64,000 nt of DNA. It comes from a virus. Taxonomy: Duplodnaviria > Caudoviricetes. Location of the stretch: positions 1 through 64,000 of the IMG/VR virus record IMGVR_UViG_3300032030_000038. One strand, 5' to 3'. Made by a program: the position numbers and the translations under genes. Below are positions 38,301-47,488 of this stretch, one piece after another; the stretch's first letter is position 1; every line of letters starts with the position of its first letter. Below the pieces are notes generated by a model. It worked only from the letters and a program-made list of their open reading frames with translations, had not been told where the DNA came from and made no database searches.

Positions 38301-39906
38301 GGCTTGTTTCAGATTTAAAGCAATGAATGATGTTGCTGATATTATGGAACTTACTTACGAACGTGCCAAGTATCGTAGATTACAGAAAACAAAATATGGT
38401 TTTAAAAACATACTTCATATGATTGATCCAAATAATCCTGAAACATCATTAGATCAAGCAATTACTAATGATGCAGCGAGTAGTAATATGCTACAATCAT
38501 TAAGGCAACTACTTGACACAAAACTATATAGTGAATACAATATGGATGCTCGTGGTGAAGCTGGATCGTTCTCGCCAGAAAAAACCACACAAACAATACT
38601 AAGACTTACAGCATTCTCTATGCTTGGTTATAATGTATTTTCAGGTATTAATAATATAGTGGTTGGTAAATACCAGACAATGATTGAGGCTATTGGTAAG
38701 GGTAATTTTGACAAGTCTGATTGGGCTTGGGCTGAAAAGGAATATCATAAATTACTTCCTGAATATGTAAAAGAACTCGGTAAACCTCATAAAACAAGTA
38801 AATTGGCATTACTTGATGAATTATTTAACGCTACTATGGAATGGAAAGAAACTCTTGAAGGCACAAAATATTATTCAAACAATGCTCTTCGTACTCTTTC
38901 AAAGTTTAATTCCGGGATGTTTATGAATATGGGTGAAATGAATCTTAAATTAGTTACTTTGCTTGCCAAGCTTCATAATTATAAAATGAAAGATTCAGGA
39001 GGTAACGAAACAAATCTTTATGAGTCTCTTCAGTTTGATTATAAGTACAATAAAAACGGTGATAAAATTTCAGGCAGAATATCAATTAAAAATGGTTACA
39101 CAAAACCTGACGGTACTAAATTCACAATGACAAGAAAAAACGGTTATCAGCAAAGTGACCTTTATGATTTTTGTCTTAAAATGAATGTGATGAATCATCG
39201 TATGCATGGTATTTATAACCGTGAAGATCAAATTGAGGCATTACGCCACTGGTGGGGTAAGCTTCTCTTATTGTTCAGACGGTTTATCGTGCCCACTGTT
39301 GAGAATCGTTATATGGGCTCTCGTTATAATGTCGACACCAAACAATGGGAAGAAGGATTTTATGTTACAGGGCTTAAAGCAATTACCAAAATCATTATGA
39401 ATGAGGCTGGTCTTGCTTATGGTCAAGGCAGAATAAAAGGAGCATTAAATGATTTTAATGATTTTCAAAAAGCAAATCTTAAAAAATTTATTGGAGAATT
39501 TGTAACACTGCTTGCTTTAATGTTATTATTAGCCTTTGCAGTCCCTGATTATAAAGATGAGGACAGGTTTGTACTTCGTGCAGTTAACTATCATATCAGA
39601 CGTCTTATTCAAGAAATTGAATTTTACCAACCATGGAATATCAATTCAATATATGATATTCTTCAAAGTCCTAGTGCAACTCTTGGCTTGTTAACAAGAT
39701 ATTTTGAGGTACTTGGCTCTATTCCTAATTTAAACGAGCGATATAAAGCAGGTCCTAATAAGGGAAAACTTAAAATAGGTGTCAAAGCAATGAATGCCTT
39801 GCCTCTTTACCCACAAATTCGTGACGTAATTAAGTTTGCTGAAGACGATGGTAGATTTAGAATATTTGAACCAGTAATGTTTGAATCTTTAAAAAACGAA
39901 GAATAA
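35359..39906 (+). CDS. giant virion cargo protein with a degenerate zincin-like motif
   Basis: PEELGHFLIE...KEALGRLL; HGIYN..D and EEGFY motifs; C-terminal hydrophobic FVTLLALMLLLAFAV. Confidence 0.7.
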   Translation: MANKHSCLIHPTTKSGQPSKLFSNLRKEFDYEQSWKIWNAAVSPEYKRDFGSTTIYDEFGEPELQSLFDNLDIVSDSPINTEKYEKELNTNLPEDNLSIMKRVVDFNEKHNTVKAKISSFNLISEEGNSAHITVEIADSEKRNIAKALKINTAIYEKINKYLNNLGMSIDFFGGEFFNGEKALMDPQSGITNAKGFINVIKLSNDQEALGKLPEELGHFLIECNTNNSTVTRALNILSQDEKLIKEILGNDYEDVLDYYIGQNRPDAIVKEALGRLLIKSINKDIDLMIEGQNRPFLTRIKGYLDKIWSSIKKLFKRRDKNNTNPIQELEDSLQPILHTFSTSESKRNEIKQRFHEYGEQMAHVNTLLQDYNDLFSKGGVVDEIRNTIARENNYYSKVYKDIEKLKEEIKTTSEAFKMFIQSRENSVKNETEAYDTTKDIGNLASIGFYSEQEILDLRNIHHFCKYIDKIQKLINNQLEFLKDVQIKSTSYEEILSSSTQINTIKSFIETQEPIINDLLNFSEAIVDNKIDDTLKDEAFQEAAKKLRSVVSEDHQLLTSLKSELLSAMSIVTDQFWENSVDQETLDNIIPKHIQQRENLVDNAKKIDYILSFSMRDISGVARLFTAYYAQKDPLINLVNNTLRKQEEEARIASQLFIKEIAEITQEYIDETGSKDTSFIYENDENGKPTHFLKTTEGVSIPKWRAIKKEVWKQISEDDTLTKKQKHEKWIAFVNNSTQEKRIENYIYDASTNTFVQTILPQSIRIPTTNVSIEPRAKEWITNDFSKLNEAQQRFLIKYLEAKNKLESMLPSTIRLKREGLYYRAVQRVVASAGEAILNNKNGFFEQVGGLMKNSLYALDEDDIVNTEDIEDEFDLDNPLTEDRPDNIGEESFLRAITRKGKKFKNKLLNAIHRWLYPDTDPVSDTPDPNDPKGSSRIITRKTSSEFNQRRKVPVYFTRLLSPERLSSLSTDASGSLIEYTMACFRFKAMNDVADIMELTYERAKYRRLQKTKYGFKNILHMIDPNNPETSLDQAITNDAASSNMLQSLRQLLDTKLYSEYNMDARGEAGSFSPEKTTQTILRLTAFSMLGYNVFSGINNIVVGKYQTMIEAIGKGNFDKSDWAWAEKEYHKLLPEYVKELGKPHKTSKLALLDELFNATMEWKETLEGTKYYSNNALRTLSKFNSGMFMNMGEMNLKLVTLLAKLHNYKMKDSGGNETNLYESLQFDYKYNKNGDKISGRISIKNGYTKPDGTKFTMTRKNGYQQSDLYDFCLKMNVMNHRMHGIYNREDQIEALRHWWGKLLLLFRRFIVPTVENRYMGSRYNVDTKQWEEGFYVTGLKAITKIIMNEAGLAYGQGRIKGALNDFNDFQKANLKKFIGEFVTLLALMLLLAFAVPDYKDEDRFVLRAVNYHIRRLIQEIEFYQPWNINSIYDILQSPSATLGLLTRYFEVLGSIPNLNERYKAGPNKGKLKIGVKAMNALPLYPQIRDVIKFAEDDGRFRIFEPVMFESLKNEE

Positions 39907-39914
39907 AAAAAAAT

Positions 39915-39942
39915 AAAGGGCGGTCATTTTAACCGCCCTTTT
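39915..39942. terminator. bidirectional intrinsic terminator at the convergence of the two gene blocks
   Basis: AAAGGGCGGT-catttta-ACCGCCCTTT with an A-run on the left and a T-run on the right. Confidence 0.85.
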
Positions 39943-39953
39943 CCGTAACTTTA

Positions 39954-40412
39954 CTACTTAATTCGCAACTTAGAAATGTCAACCTGTCGTAATGCGCTTA
40001 GCACAATCGACATTAGATTGCAATAACAGTCTGCAAACTTTGCAAATTCAGACTGAACTTCTTCTTCGTTGCACAAATTAACCGCACAAGAATCGAACAG
40101 CTTGATAATAGGGTTATGAATAATGCAATTGGTAATTGCATCTAACATTTCTTCTTTATTAAGAGTATCAGGAATAAGCTTCTTGGACAAAGCCTCTATA
40201 ACAATAAACTCACCAAGATTTAATTCATGGGGTTTCTTTAATACCTCTTCAGTAAAAATCTTCTTCTTACACTTACAATCAGAAGTTTTTTCTTCTGTAT
40301 TACAATCATCAGAATCAAAAATCAAATCGAGCAAATCTTCAATAACCTTGATTGCTTCCTGTCCTCTTTTAGTGCTTAAAATTTCTTCTAAATTTATTTC
40401 TTTTTTAATCAT
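39954..40412 (-). CDS. hypothetical protein
   Basis: 152-aa ORF with its own upstream promoter. Confidence 0.65.
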   Translation of the reverse strand: MIKKEINLEEILSTKRGQEAIKVIEDLLDLIFDSDDCNTEEKTSDCKCKKKIFTEEVLKKPHELNLGEFIVIEALSKKLIPDTLNKEEMLDAITNCIIHNPIIKLFDSCAVNLCNEEEVQSEFAKFADCYCNLMSIVLSALRQVDISKLRIK

Positions 40413-40460
40413 TTTATTTTATTTATGTTAATACTAATTATTAGTTCTAATTAAACGATA

Positions 40461-40491
40461 CAAAGATACATCGTTTTTCTAATATATCAAA
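40461..40491 (-). promoter_or_regulatory. Bacteroidota sigma-A type promoter
   Basis: On the - strand: TTTG (40491-40488), 19-nt spacer, TATCTTTG (40468-40461); -7 box flanked by the AAACGAT/ATCGTTT inverted repeat. Confidence 0.7.
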
Positions 40492-40530
40492 ATAATAATT
40501 ATATTATTAACAATAATTAAGGAAGAAAAT

Positions 40531-40959
40531 TTACATTGGTTTATATACTGTTTTTCCTTTAATTTTTTCAGCCCGTAATATTTGTTTTCTATTGTTTTTC
40601 TCTTTCAAGGAAACATGAACCCATAATGGTTGGTTCAAATCTCCAAATTCCCAAATCATCTGGTCGAATTCAAAATTATTTTTTATAAGTTGAAAGAGAA
40701 AACTATTATTGTAACATTTCAAATCAGCGGCTGCACCGTTGTTTGCCATATGTTGTGAAGTTTTTGCACCTCCTACAGCTTTATTAACTTGTTCACTTCT
40801 GAAACAGGATGTTACAATAATAGGTTTTCCTAATTTTTCCCTTACCGGATCAAGAAGATGGTCCACGAGGTATTCAATATTTTTCTTTTGTTGATAATTA
40901 GGAATATTAGGTAAATTTTTAGATGACCTAGTCAACTCTTTCCAAGTAAAGTATTTCAT
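40531..40959 (-). CDS. peptidase M15 family (D-Ala-D-Ala/L-Ala-D-Glu peptidase fold), candidate endolysin
   Basis: SCFRS..VNKAVGGAKTSQH...AADL...WVHVS zinc motifs. Confidence 0.85.
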   Translation of the reverse strand: MKYFTWKELTRSSKNLPNIPNYQQKKNIEYLVDHLLDPVREKLGKPIIVTSCFRSEQVNKAVGGAKTSQHMANNGAAADLKCYNNSFLFQLIKNNFEFDQMIWEFGDLNQPLWVHVSLKEKNNRKQILRAEKIKGKTVYKPM

Positions 40960-40964
40960 TTTAT

Positions 40965-41654
40965 TTAATTTAAGTTTTTTATAATAAATTTATTATCTTC
41001 TATGACAAGATATTCTCTTGGCATTGTGTCGCAAAACCACACTTCATTTTGATTTGCCAATGTATTCATCATAGTATGCCCCACAACTTGCTTGAACCCA
41101 TCTATTTTATCTTTTAACAATGAAGCAGGTCTTACCCAAATCGGGGAACTATACACTGTATCTCCATATTCTGAAAAAGAATCACCATATGTAAAGTTTA
41201 ATGCTTTTGGTGATAAATCTTTATAATTTATAAATTGTAATTTATTTGGATTATCGGATTCAAACCAATACCTCATCCAAGTTTTTGTAATACCTGCATG
41301 TGTAAAAAGAATATCATCTTCTCTATGTAGTATTTTAATTGTTTCATTTTCAAGACAATCTTTAACTGCTAAATTAGCCCATCTGAAAGTATCATTACTC
41401 CACCCACTATATCTTTCACCGAAGGATACATAATGCCAGTCATGATTACCGAGTAATAAAATGCATTTGTCTCCTTGTTCCTCTTTAAATTTAAGTATTT
41501 CGTAAAAGTTTTCTTTTATCTTTTTCTTAGAAGTGTTAAATCCATCCAAGTAATCTCCTAAAAAGATAATTTTATCAAACTCATTATTTTCTCTGGCTAA
41601 AAGTCTTTTCCAAGAATCATGTCCATGTACGTCTCCAATAACAATTATTTTCAT
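40965..41654 (-). CDS. calcineurin-like metallophosphoesterase
   Basis: GDVHG, GDYLD, GNHD, HAG and GHT motifs. Confidence 0.9.
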   Translation of the reverse strand: MKIIVIGDVHGHDSWKRLLARENNEFDKIIFLGDYLDGFNTSKKKIKENFYEILKFKEEQGDKCILLLGNHDWHYVSFGERYSGWSNDTFRWANLAVKDCLENETIKILHREDDILFTHAGITKTWMRYWFESDNPNKLQFINYKDLSPKALNFTYGDSFSEYGDTVYSSPIWVRPASLLKDKIDGFKQVVGHTMMNTLANQNEVWFCDTMPREYLVIEDNKFIIKNLN

Positions 41655-41833
41655 ATAGGTTTTATTATATCAGGGTGATCAATTAATTCAAAACAATCCA
41701 ATTTATAAGGTTCTTTATAACACTTGACGAATTGATACTTACGTTCAACCGCTTCTTTCCATGCCAATGCTCTAAAGCATTTGTCTCTTTTTTTGCACAT
41801 ATCTGTGCTACAATGAGTTATATCATGATTCAT
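41651..41833 (-). CDS. small Cys-rich hypothetical protein
   Basis: DITHC...C.KRDKC.R pattern; overlapping junction with the next gene. Confidence 0.6.
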   Translation of the reverse strand: MNHDITHCSTDMCKKRDKCFRALAWKEAVERKYQFVKCYKEPYKLDCFELIDHPDIIKPI

Positions 41834-41844
41834 ATTATTTTATT

Positions 41845-42117
41845 TTAATTAATATCAAAAGCCTCATCATTAAAAAAGATATCTTCAAAATTAATCTGCC
41901 GCTTCCTGTTTTCAGCTACTAAATTATTGTATTCTTTTATAGCAGAAGCAATCATAGCAGGGAAAGATGACTGTAATCTCCATTGACCATTATCAATGAC
42001 ATAATTAACAATCTCATCGTTTGTCATAATTTTTACTTTATCTCCTTTCATAGTATCTTTTGAATTAAAATATTCATTAAACAATTGGTTTTCAAATTCT
42101 ATATCTGCTGTACTCAT
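41845..42117 (-). CDS. hypothetical protein
   Basis: ORF directly downstream of a promoter/hairpin. Confidence 0.6.
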   Translation of the reverse strand: MSTADIEFENQLFNEYFNSKDTMKGDKVKIMTNDEIVNYVIDNGQWRLQSSFPAMIASAIKEYNNLVAENRKRQINFEDIFFNDEAFDIN

Positions 42118-42127
42118 ATTATTAAAT

Positions 42128-42177
42128 AAAACCTATTGCAAATATACAAAAAAAATTTGTAAAATGCAATAGGTTTT
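42128..42177 (-). promoter_or_regulatory. 13-bp inverted repeat (terminator-like hairpin) overlapping a TAnnTTTG promoter
   Basis: AAAACCTATTGCA (42128-42140) / TGCAATAGGTTTT (42165-42177); - strand TATATTTG at 42146-42139. Confidence 0.7.
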
Positions 42178-42197
42178 TTCTTAAAAATTATTAAAAA

Positions 42198-42653
42198 TCA
42201 ATCTAAAGAATATATAAGCTCATACTTTCCTTTATCCTCCGAATAATCATTATTGTCTTCAAAAGCACTGTATGCAAAATTAAATAAGCTTTTATAATAT
42301 TTCAAATTTTCAATTTCTTTTTTACTCTCATTATTTGAACTAACATAATCGTTTATTTCATCACTTATTACATTATAAAGCTCTTGACTTGATTTTTCAA
42401 TTCTTTTTTCAAGTATAGCTATATGTTCATTATTATTTTTTATATAATTCTCCCAATTTTTTATTTCCTCATCATAAAAATTACACACATCATCATATAA
42501 TTGTTTTGTAAAGGGGGCATAAAAATCTTCTTTATTAGCAGTATAAGGCACAACTTCATACAATTCCCTTGCTGGAGTTGTAGGCAACCAAAACAAAGAA
42601 ATCTTTTCCTTTGTTTTCTTATTTCTTAAATAAACAATCAAATAACTTGACAT
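42198..42653 (-). CDS. hypothetical coiled-coil protein
   Basis: 151-aa ORF in the helicase operon. Confidence 0.6.
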   Translation of the reverse strand: MSSYLIVYLRNKKTKEKISLFWLPTTPARELYEVVPYTANKEDFYAPFTKQLYDDVCNFYDEEIKNWENYIKNNNEHIAILEKRIEKSSQELYNVISDEINDYVSSNNESKKEIENLKYYKSLFNFAYSAFEDNNDYSEDKGKYELIYSLD

Positions 42654-42654
42654 A

Positions 42655-43791
42655 TTATTTCTTTTTAAATAAATTAATTATCTTAACAAACATAAGGTTC
42701 AACATTTGAACTTTTTGATAGTATCTCTCTATCCGTTCGTCAGTAGGCAACGGAAGTTCTTCAAAATAATTACTTTGACCAAGAAAATATAATGGACAAA
42801 TGCAATTGGATTCTCCCCCACGATTAATAACAACTTCAAGAAATCTCAAATGATCCTTCATTTTCTTCACATCATATCCAAGATATTCTGGTATTTCGTG
42901 TCTATAAGGACTAAATAAACCAAGCATAACATTACAATCTCTCGCAGTAAGTTTTGATTCAGCCAAGCCATTCATAGTAGGTCTTAATTTATTTGATTTT
43001 ATTCTGTCAAGACTTTCCATATCACTTGCTTGCTGCTGGATTACCACAGGAGTTATATTATACCTGTTTCTTAATTTAACCAAATAGGTACTTGAAAGTA
43101 AATCTATACATTGTTTTATAGTCATTCCCTTTTCGGGTGACAAAAGACTTACATGGTCTATTATAGGTATAAAATAAAGCTTGTCATCATTTGGTACATA
43201 ATAATCAAACGCTTTTATTATATCTTTATCACCAGTTATATTATTTACTATTTCCTGATCTTTATAATATACTGTACCATTTTTTAAACAATAGTCCTTA
43301 ATAACGCTATAAATGCCCGTAGGATGACGAACTGTTTGAAAGTCGACACATTCTTCATAATATTCCAAAATGCCTCTGTAAGGCTCTGTTTCGAGCTTTT
43401 GAAGTATCTCATCATCCACTGGTTTGTTTTCTTGTATAGATTGTAATTCTTCAGGAGTTATTATTATCTTATCAAATACATATAAAAGATAAGACATAAA
43501 TCTTAATGTTACATCTTCTGGTGTTTCTTCAAGAGCAAAATAAAATATTTTTAAATGAACTTTATCTCTATAATAATATGAGTATAATAATGGATTATAT
43601 AAAAACATATAGTTGGCAATCATTGATTTACCAACTTTTGTCGATGCGGATACCAAATAATAACGCCCTTGCTGAATTCCAGGATATTTATTTGCAAATC
43701 TTTTAAAAGGAGAGGGAATGCAATTAATGTTCCCATTAATCACATTCTCTCTTTGTTTATGCAGTCTATTCAGTAAGCGCTGAACTATCAT
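42655..43791 (-). CDS. dnaB: DnaB-like replicative helicase
   Basis: Walker A ASTKVGKS, FALEE, IIDHVSLL, QQ and NRGG motifs. Confidence 0.85.
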   Translation of the reverse strand: MIVQRLLNRLHKQRENVINGNINCIPSPFKRFANKYPGIQQGRYYLVSASTKVGKSMIANYMFLYNPLLYSYYYRDKVHLKIFYFALEETPEDVTLRFMSYLLYVFDKIIITPEELQSIQENKPVDDEILQKLETEPYRGILEYYEECVDFQTVRHPTGIYSVIKDYCLKNGTVYYKDQEIVNNITGDKDIIKAFDYYVPNDDKLYFIPIIDHVSLLSPEKGMTIKQCIDLLSSTYLVKLRNRYNITPVVIQQQASDMESLDRIKSNKLRPTMNGLAESKLTARDCNVMLGLFSPYRHEIPEYLGYDVKKMKDHLRFLEVVINRGGESNCICPLYFLGQSNYFEELPLPTDERIERYYQKVQMLNLMFVKIINLFKKK

Positions 43792-43796
43792 AATTT

Positions 43797-44474
43797 TTAA
43801 TTATAATATTCATCCATTGCGTTTACAACAAGAATCAAATCATTGGGAATAAAATCCTCTTCAAACATACCCATTGGGGATTTACATACATATTCGCACC
43901 CATTATCTTTAAATGTATGAGTATAAAACCCATAAGTAGGAACCCCATCTTCATTATATTGGGGCTTACAAAACAGTACAATATTACACAATGCTTCAGG
44001 AGCAAACCCTTCCTTTACAAACCTACCGACAAGTTTGATTTCCTTCCTTACAATTTCACCATTGGAAACAACATCTTGCGAGTGCATCATTAAGAACACC
44101 TTCTTCTCAATTGGAAGATTAACAGCTGTCTGTAGAATCTGCTGAAAATGCTGAGCCATTACAGTAAACTTTTTATAACCGACTTCATCTGCTTTTGCAA
44201 AATTCTCTTGTGCCATGGAAAAGAACAAATCATCAATAATTATGTTCTTTATATGTTCTTGCTGACCCAGATAATTAAGTCCTTTTATAATCTTACTATA
44301 ATCATTTACAGCAAAGAAATTCTTATTTTCAGTATTATACAATTTTGCACTACCTTTAAACGGAGGAACTTTACCTAAAACTGAAATGATTGCTGTTTCT
44401 TCAGGGTTTAAATTTTTAATTGAAGTGGATTTACCGGAGCCACTTTCACCGAGAATAATTGCTATATTTGCCAT
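43797..44474 (-). CDS. P-loop AAA-family ATPase (Sak4-like recombination/annealing protein)
   Basis: GESGSGKST Walker A, IIIDD Walker B, MMH and KSPMGMF motifs. Confidence 0.75.
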   Translation of the reverse strand: MANIAIILGESGSGKSTSIKNLNPEETAIISVLGKVPPFKGSAKLYNTENKNFFAVNDYSKIIKGLNYLGQQEHIKNIIIDDLFFSMAQENFAKADEVGYKKFTVMAQHFQQILQTAVNLPIEKKVFLMMHSQDVVSNGEIVRKEIKLVGRFVKEGFAPEALCNIVLFCKPQYNEDGVPTYGFYTHTFKDNGCEYVCKSPMGMFEEDFIPNDLILVVNAMDEYYN

Positions 44475-44482
44475 ATTTGATT

Positions 44483-44701
44483 TTAGTTATTAGTTAATAA
44501 ATTTATTTTTCTATTAATATACCACACTGCTTTTTGTAAATCTTCTACAATTTTTGCAGGGTCTTTTTTACCAGCTCTTGAAATATACTTTACAGCATTC
44601 CCAAGATGATAATCCAATTTTTGATCTTCAATAAAATCAATTACCTCTATATTACCACTTGTATAATGTGAAGGGTGGTTTACATTGTCATTTTGTTCCA
44701 T
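44483..44701 (-). CDS. DUF3310 / T7 gp1.7-like nucleotide kinase domain protein
   Basis: DNVNHPSHY..G.IEVID...GNAVKYISRAGKK...EDLQKAVWY; likely start MEQN at 44701. Confidence 0.8.
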   Translation of the reverse strand: MEQNDNVNHPSHYTSGNIEVIDFIEDQKLDYHLGNAVKYISRAGKKDPAKIVEDLQKAVWYINRKINLLTNN

Positions 44702-44882
44702 ATGTTCCAATAAGCATAGTTTCATTAGGTTGTATTTCCAAGGAATCAAAAAACTGATTTCTATACTCCTCAGAATTTAAAAAATCAATATATTCGGCTG
44801 CATCGATAGCTTCTCCCGCTGACTCAGCAGTTACTTCAGCATCAAAATAACCTGTATAGTACACTCTTACTTTATAAGTCAT
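44688..44882 (-). CDS. hypothetical protein
   Basis: YKVRVYY..EVTAESAGEA pattern common in small phage proteins. Confidence 0.55.
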   Translation of the reverse strand: MTYKVRVYYTGYFDAEVTAESAGEAIDAAEYIDFLNSEEYRNQFFDSLEIQPNETMLIGTYGTK

Positions 44883-45096
44883 TATAAACTAATTTAAAGT
44901 TTTTATCAGATGCAATATCATTTACAAATATATTATTGTTTTTTGTTTGTGTATTATACCAATTTATACCATTTTGATTTGAATATGCTATAACCCAATC
45001 ATTAATGTTATAATTTGGTAAATTTATATTTTTAATGTATATATCATTATAATATAATTTATAATTCGCCATATTAGTGAATCCAAAAATTTCCAA
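44872..45096 (-). CDS. hypothetical protein
   Basis: ORF overlapping the neighbouring gene ends. Confidence 0.4.
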   Translation of the reverse strand: MEIFGFTNMANYKLYYNDIYIKNINLPNYNINDWVIAYSNQNGINWYNTQTKNNNIFVNDIASDKNFKLVYNDL

Positions 45097-47059
45097 CTTC
45101 AGGAGTTGCTTCTAGTGGTATTATCGGACAATAATTTTCTGAAGCCTTCTCCATACATTTTCTTAAAATATCTGGAACCATTGTAAATTCTTCCGGGTAT
45201 TCCACAAGAATCTCATCGTGAACAGCTCCAACAATTAATACTTTATTCCATAATTTATGCATTCTAATCCATCTGAAAAACCAAATTATGGCAAGCTTTG
45301 TTATTTCACTTGAGCAACCCTGAATAGGATAATTTTGCGATAGTCTTTGAATTGTATTATTTATTTTATTATACTCTCTTAAAGCATCTCTGTCATATGA
45401 ATTTTGTATATCAATTAAAAGGTTTTTAAAATGTTCGTAATTATTTATCCAAAATTTCCTACCAGTAATTGGTGAAATCAGAACATAACCATGTTGCTTT
45501 GTGTACCTTCCTACTTTTTCAAAATAATCTTTTAATCCTGAAAACGCTGTCATATATTGATTATAAATACGTTCACCTTCTTCAAGAGCCAAGCCTACAT
45601 TTTTTGAAATTGTAAATCCCGTACCACCATAAGCAACTGCAAACTCTACACTTTTGGCTATTTGCCTGAGATTCTTGAACTTGGCTTTTACATCCTCAAT
45701 AGGAGTATCACCTATTTCATTTGGAAAAGTCAATTTTGCAACATAAGAATGCAAGTCTCCCAAACCTTTTTGATAAAACTCAATAAGTTTTGGTTCCTTT
45801 GAGAAGTTAACAAGAACAACCGACTCTTGTCCATTATAGTCACAACTTACAAACTTATTATTCGGCTTTGCTATAAATGTTTCCCTAAATGCCGCTGTAG
45901 CAGGTATGTTCTGTAAATTTGGTTTAGAACTACTTAATCTCGAAGTACTTACTAACTGAGTATAATCACAGTGAATTCTACCAGTAGTTTTATTTACATA
46001 CTTTAAAAAATCTTTGCCATAAGTCGACGCTAATTTTCGGTATTCACTATACTCCAAGAATAATGGTATTAAATCACATTTGTCTTCCTGTGGTTTAAGA
46101 ACCTTTTCATTAATACTTATATTACCATCAGCATCAACAGTATTTACACCAAGTTCTTTGAACAATTGTAATAACTGAGACTGACTGTCCCAATTAATAA
46201 GTACTTTATAATTGTTATCAGATGAAAACAAATCAAGTTGCAAATCTTGATACTTTGTCAAGTTTTTATCATAAATATATTTATTTAATTTGTTTAAACA
46301 ATCATCACATTTTGCTTTATTAAATTCATACAATTTATTCCACTTATCAACATCTATTCCCAAACCACAAAATTCAATATAAGCAAGGGGCCCAAGGAAT
46401 TCATTTTCCAAATTAACTGCTTTTATACAACCGTCTTTTTCAGCTAATTCCTTTTGCTTTGAATATACAGGTAACAAGTACTCAACATCTTTTGCTGAAT
46501 ACTGCAAAAATATCTCTGAAAGATAATCATTAAAATTTTCTCTTACAGATTTATTAAGTCTATTACCAGTATAAACAAAAACAAGGGACATCAAAGAATA
46601 CCAACCTAAATTCGCTTTATGCAATAATTTTTTTCTTTCAATATCAGAACCGTCTTTTCCTAAAAACTTTATGTAAATATCTTTTAACCGCTCTTCATTA
46701 AGCCCATTATATAATACATACTCTGCAAGAAGTATATCCCATAAATTTCTTGGAAAAATATTGTTTTTATAAAAAAATTGCAAATCAAACTTTAAATTGG
46801 CTCCTACCTTTACAACATTTTCAGACTCCAAAATACCCTTATAATTTGTTATATCAGTAGAAACACAATCTATTATAAGCTGATCCTCGATTGTTCCGAA
46901 TTGTAATAAGGTTATTTTATCAGAATGACAATCCAAACCAAGAGTTTCAGTATCTATACCGACTATATTACCCATTTTATCAAGCAATTCAATTGACTTT
47001 TGAACACTGATTATTTTAAACAAATTTCCTTTATAATCTTTAGATACTATATATTTCAT
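45074..47059 (-). CDS. polA: family A DNA polymerase with 3'-5' exonuclease
   Basis: Exo I DTETLG, NLKFD; RLSSSKPNLQNIP; motif A CDYNGQE; motif B RQIAKSVEFAVAYG; NYPIQG; motif C VHDE. Confidence 0.95.
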   Translation of the reverse strand: MKYIVSKDYKGNLFKIISVQKSIELLDKMGNIVGIDTETLGLDCHSDKITLLQFGTIEDQLIIDCVSTDITNYKGILESENVVKVGANLKFDLQFFYKNNIFPRNLWDILLAEYVLYNGLNEERLKDIYIKFLGKDGSDIERKKLLHKANLGWYSLMSLVFVYTGNRLNKSVRENFNDYLSEIFLQYSAKDVEYLLPVYSKQKELAEKDGCIKAVNLENEFLGPLAYIEFCGLGIDVDKWNKLYEFNKAKCDDCLNKLNKYIYDKNLTKYQDLQLDLFSSDNNYKVLINWDSQSQLLQLFKELGVNTVDADGNISINEKVLKPQEDKCDLIPLFLEYSEYRKLASTYGKDFLKYVNKTTGRIHCDYTQLVSTSRLSSSKPNLQNIPATAAFRETFIAKPNNKFVSCDYNGQESVVLVNFSKEPKLIEFYQKGLGDLHSYVAKLTFPNEIGDTPIEDVKAKFKNLRQIAKSVEFAVAYGGTGFTISKNVGLALEEGERIYNQYMTAFSGLKDYFEKVGRYTKQHGYVLISPITGRKFWINNYEHFKNLLIDIQNSYDRDALREYNKINNTIQRLSQNYPIQGCSSEITKLAIIWFFRWIRMHKLWNKVLIVGAVHDEILVEYPEEFTMVPDILRKCMEKASENYCPIIPLEATPEVGNFWIH

Positions 47060-47487
47060 AGAACTATTTTCTTGGTTTTGTAATTTATTACAGCATTGTT
47101 TTCCAATAAAAAAGAATTACCTAATATACCACATACATTTTTATTATATTCATATTGTGATTTTAAAAATTCTATTTGGTTTGAAAAATCGCATACTATA
47201 AATGAAGAATTATACGAATTATTATTCAAATCAAATTCCAAATCAACAGTAGATGTGGAAACAAATTCTGAGTTTGGTATTAATACTGTATTATTATCAT
47301 CTTTTATCTTGTTAGTCTGCAAATTGTATTTTACATAAGTCTTGTCTATAAAATTAGAAGTTGCTCCCGTATCAACAATAAAAGATACATCATTTGAATT
47401 TATTTTTGTGTCTACAATAAGCAGATTACAAGAATCAAGGCTGCTCTTTACAGAGCAACCCTGATTTCTTAATAACTGTAGACACAT
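47056..47487 (-). CDS. retropepsin-like aspartic protease
   Basis: FIVDTGATSNFI catalytic motif and GILGNSFL; likely start MCLQ at 47487. Confidence 0.8.
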   Translation of the reverse strand: MCLQLLRNQGCSVKSSLDSCNLLIVDTKINSNDVSFIVDTGATSNFIDKTYVKYNLQTNKIKDDNNTVLIPNSEFVSTSTVDLEFDLNNNSYNSSFIVCDFSNQIEFLKSQYEYNKNVCGILGNSFLLENNAVINYKTKKIVL

Positions 47488-47488
47488 A

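Noticed and set aside
9737-39906. Stop-codon reassignment (TAG/TGA), known in some Crassvirales
   Set aside because: Late genes up to 2404 aa are fully open in the standard code, and TAG/TGA serve as normal stops
45600-45670. PolA motif B variant KSVEF as a sign of modified-base (e.g. dZ) incorporation
   Set aside because: No purZ, datZ or other base-modification genes recognised in the window; one substitution is not enough evidence
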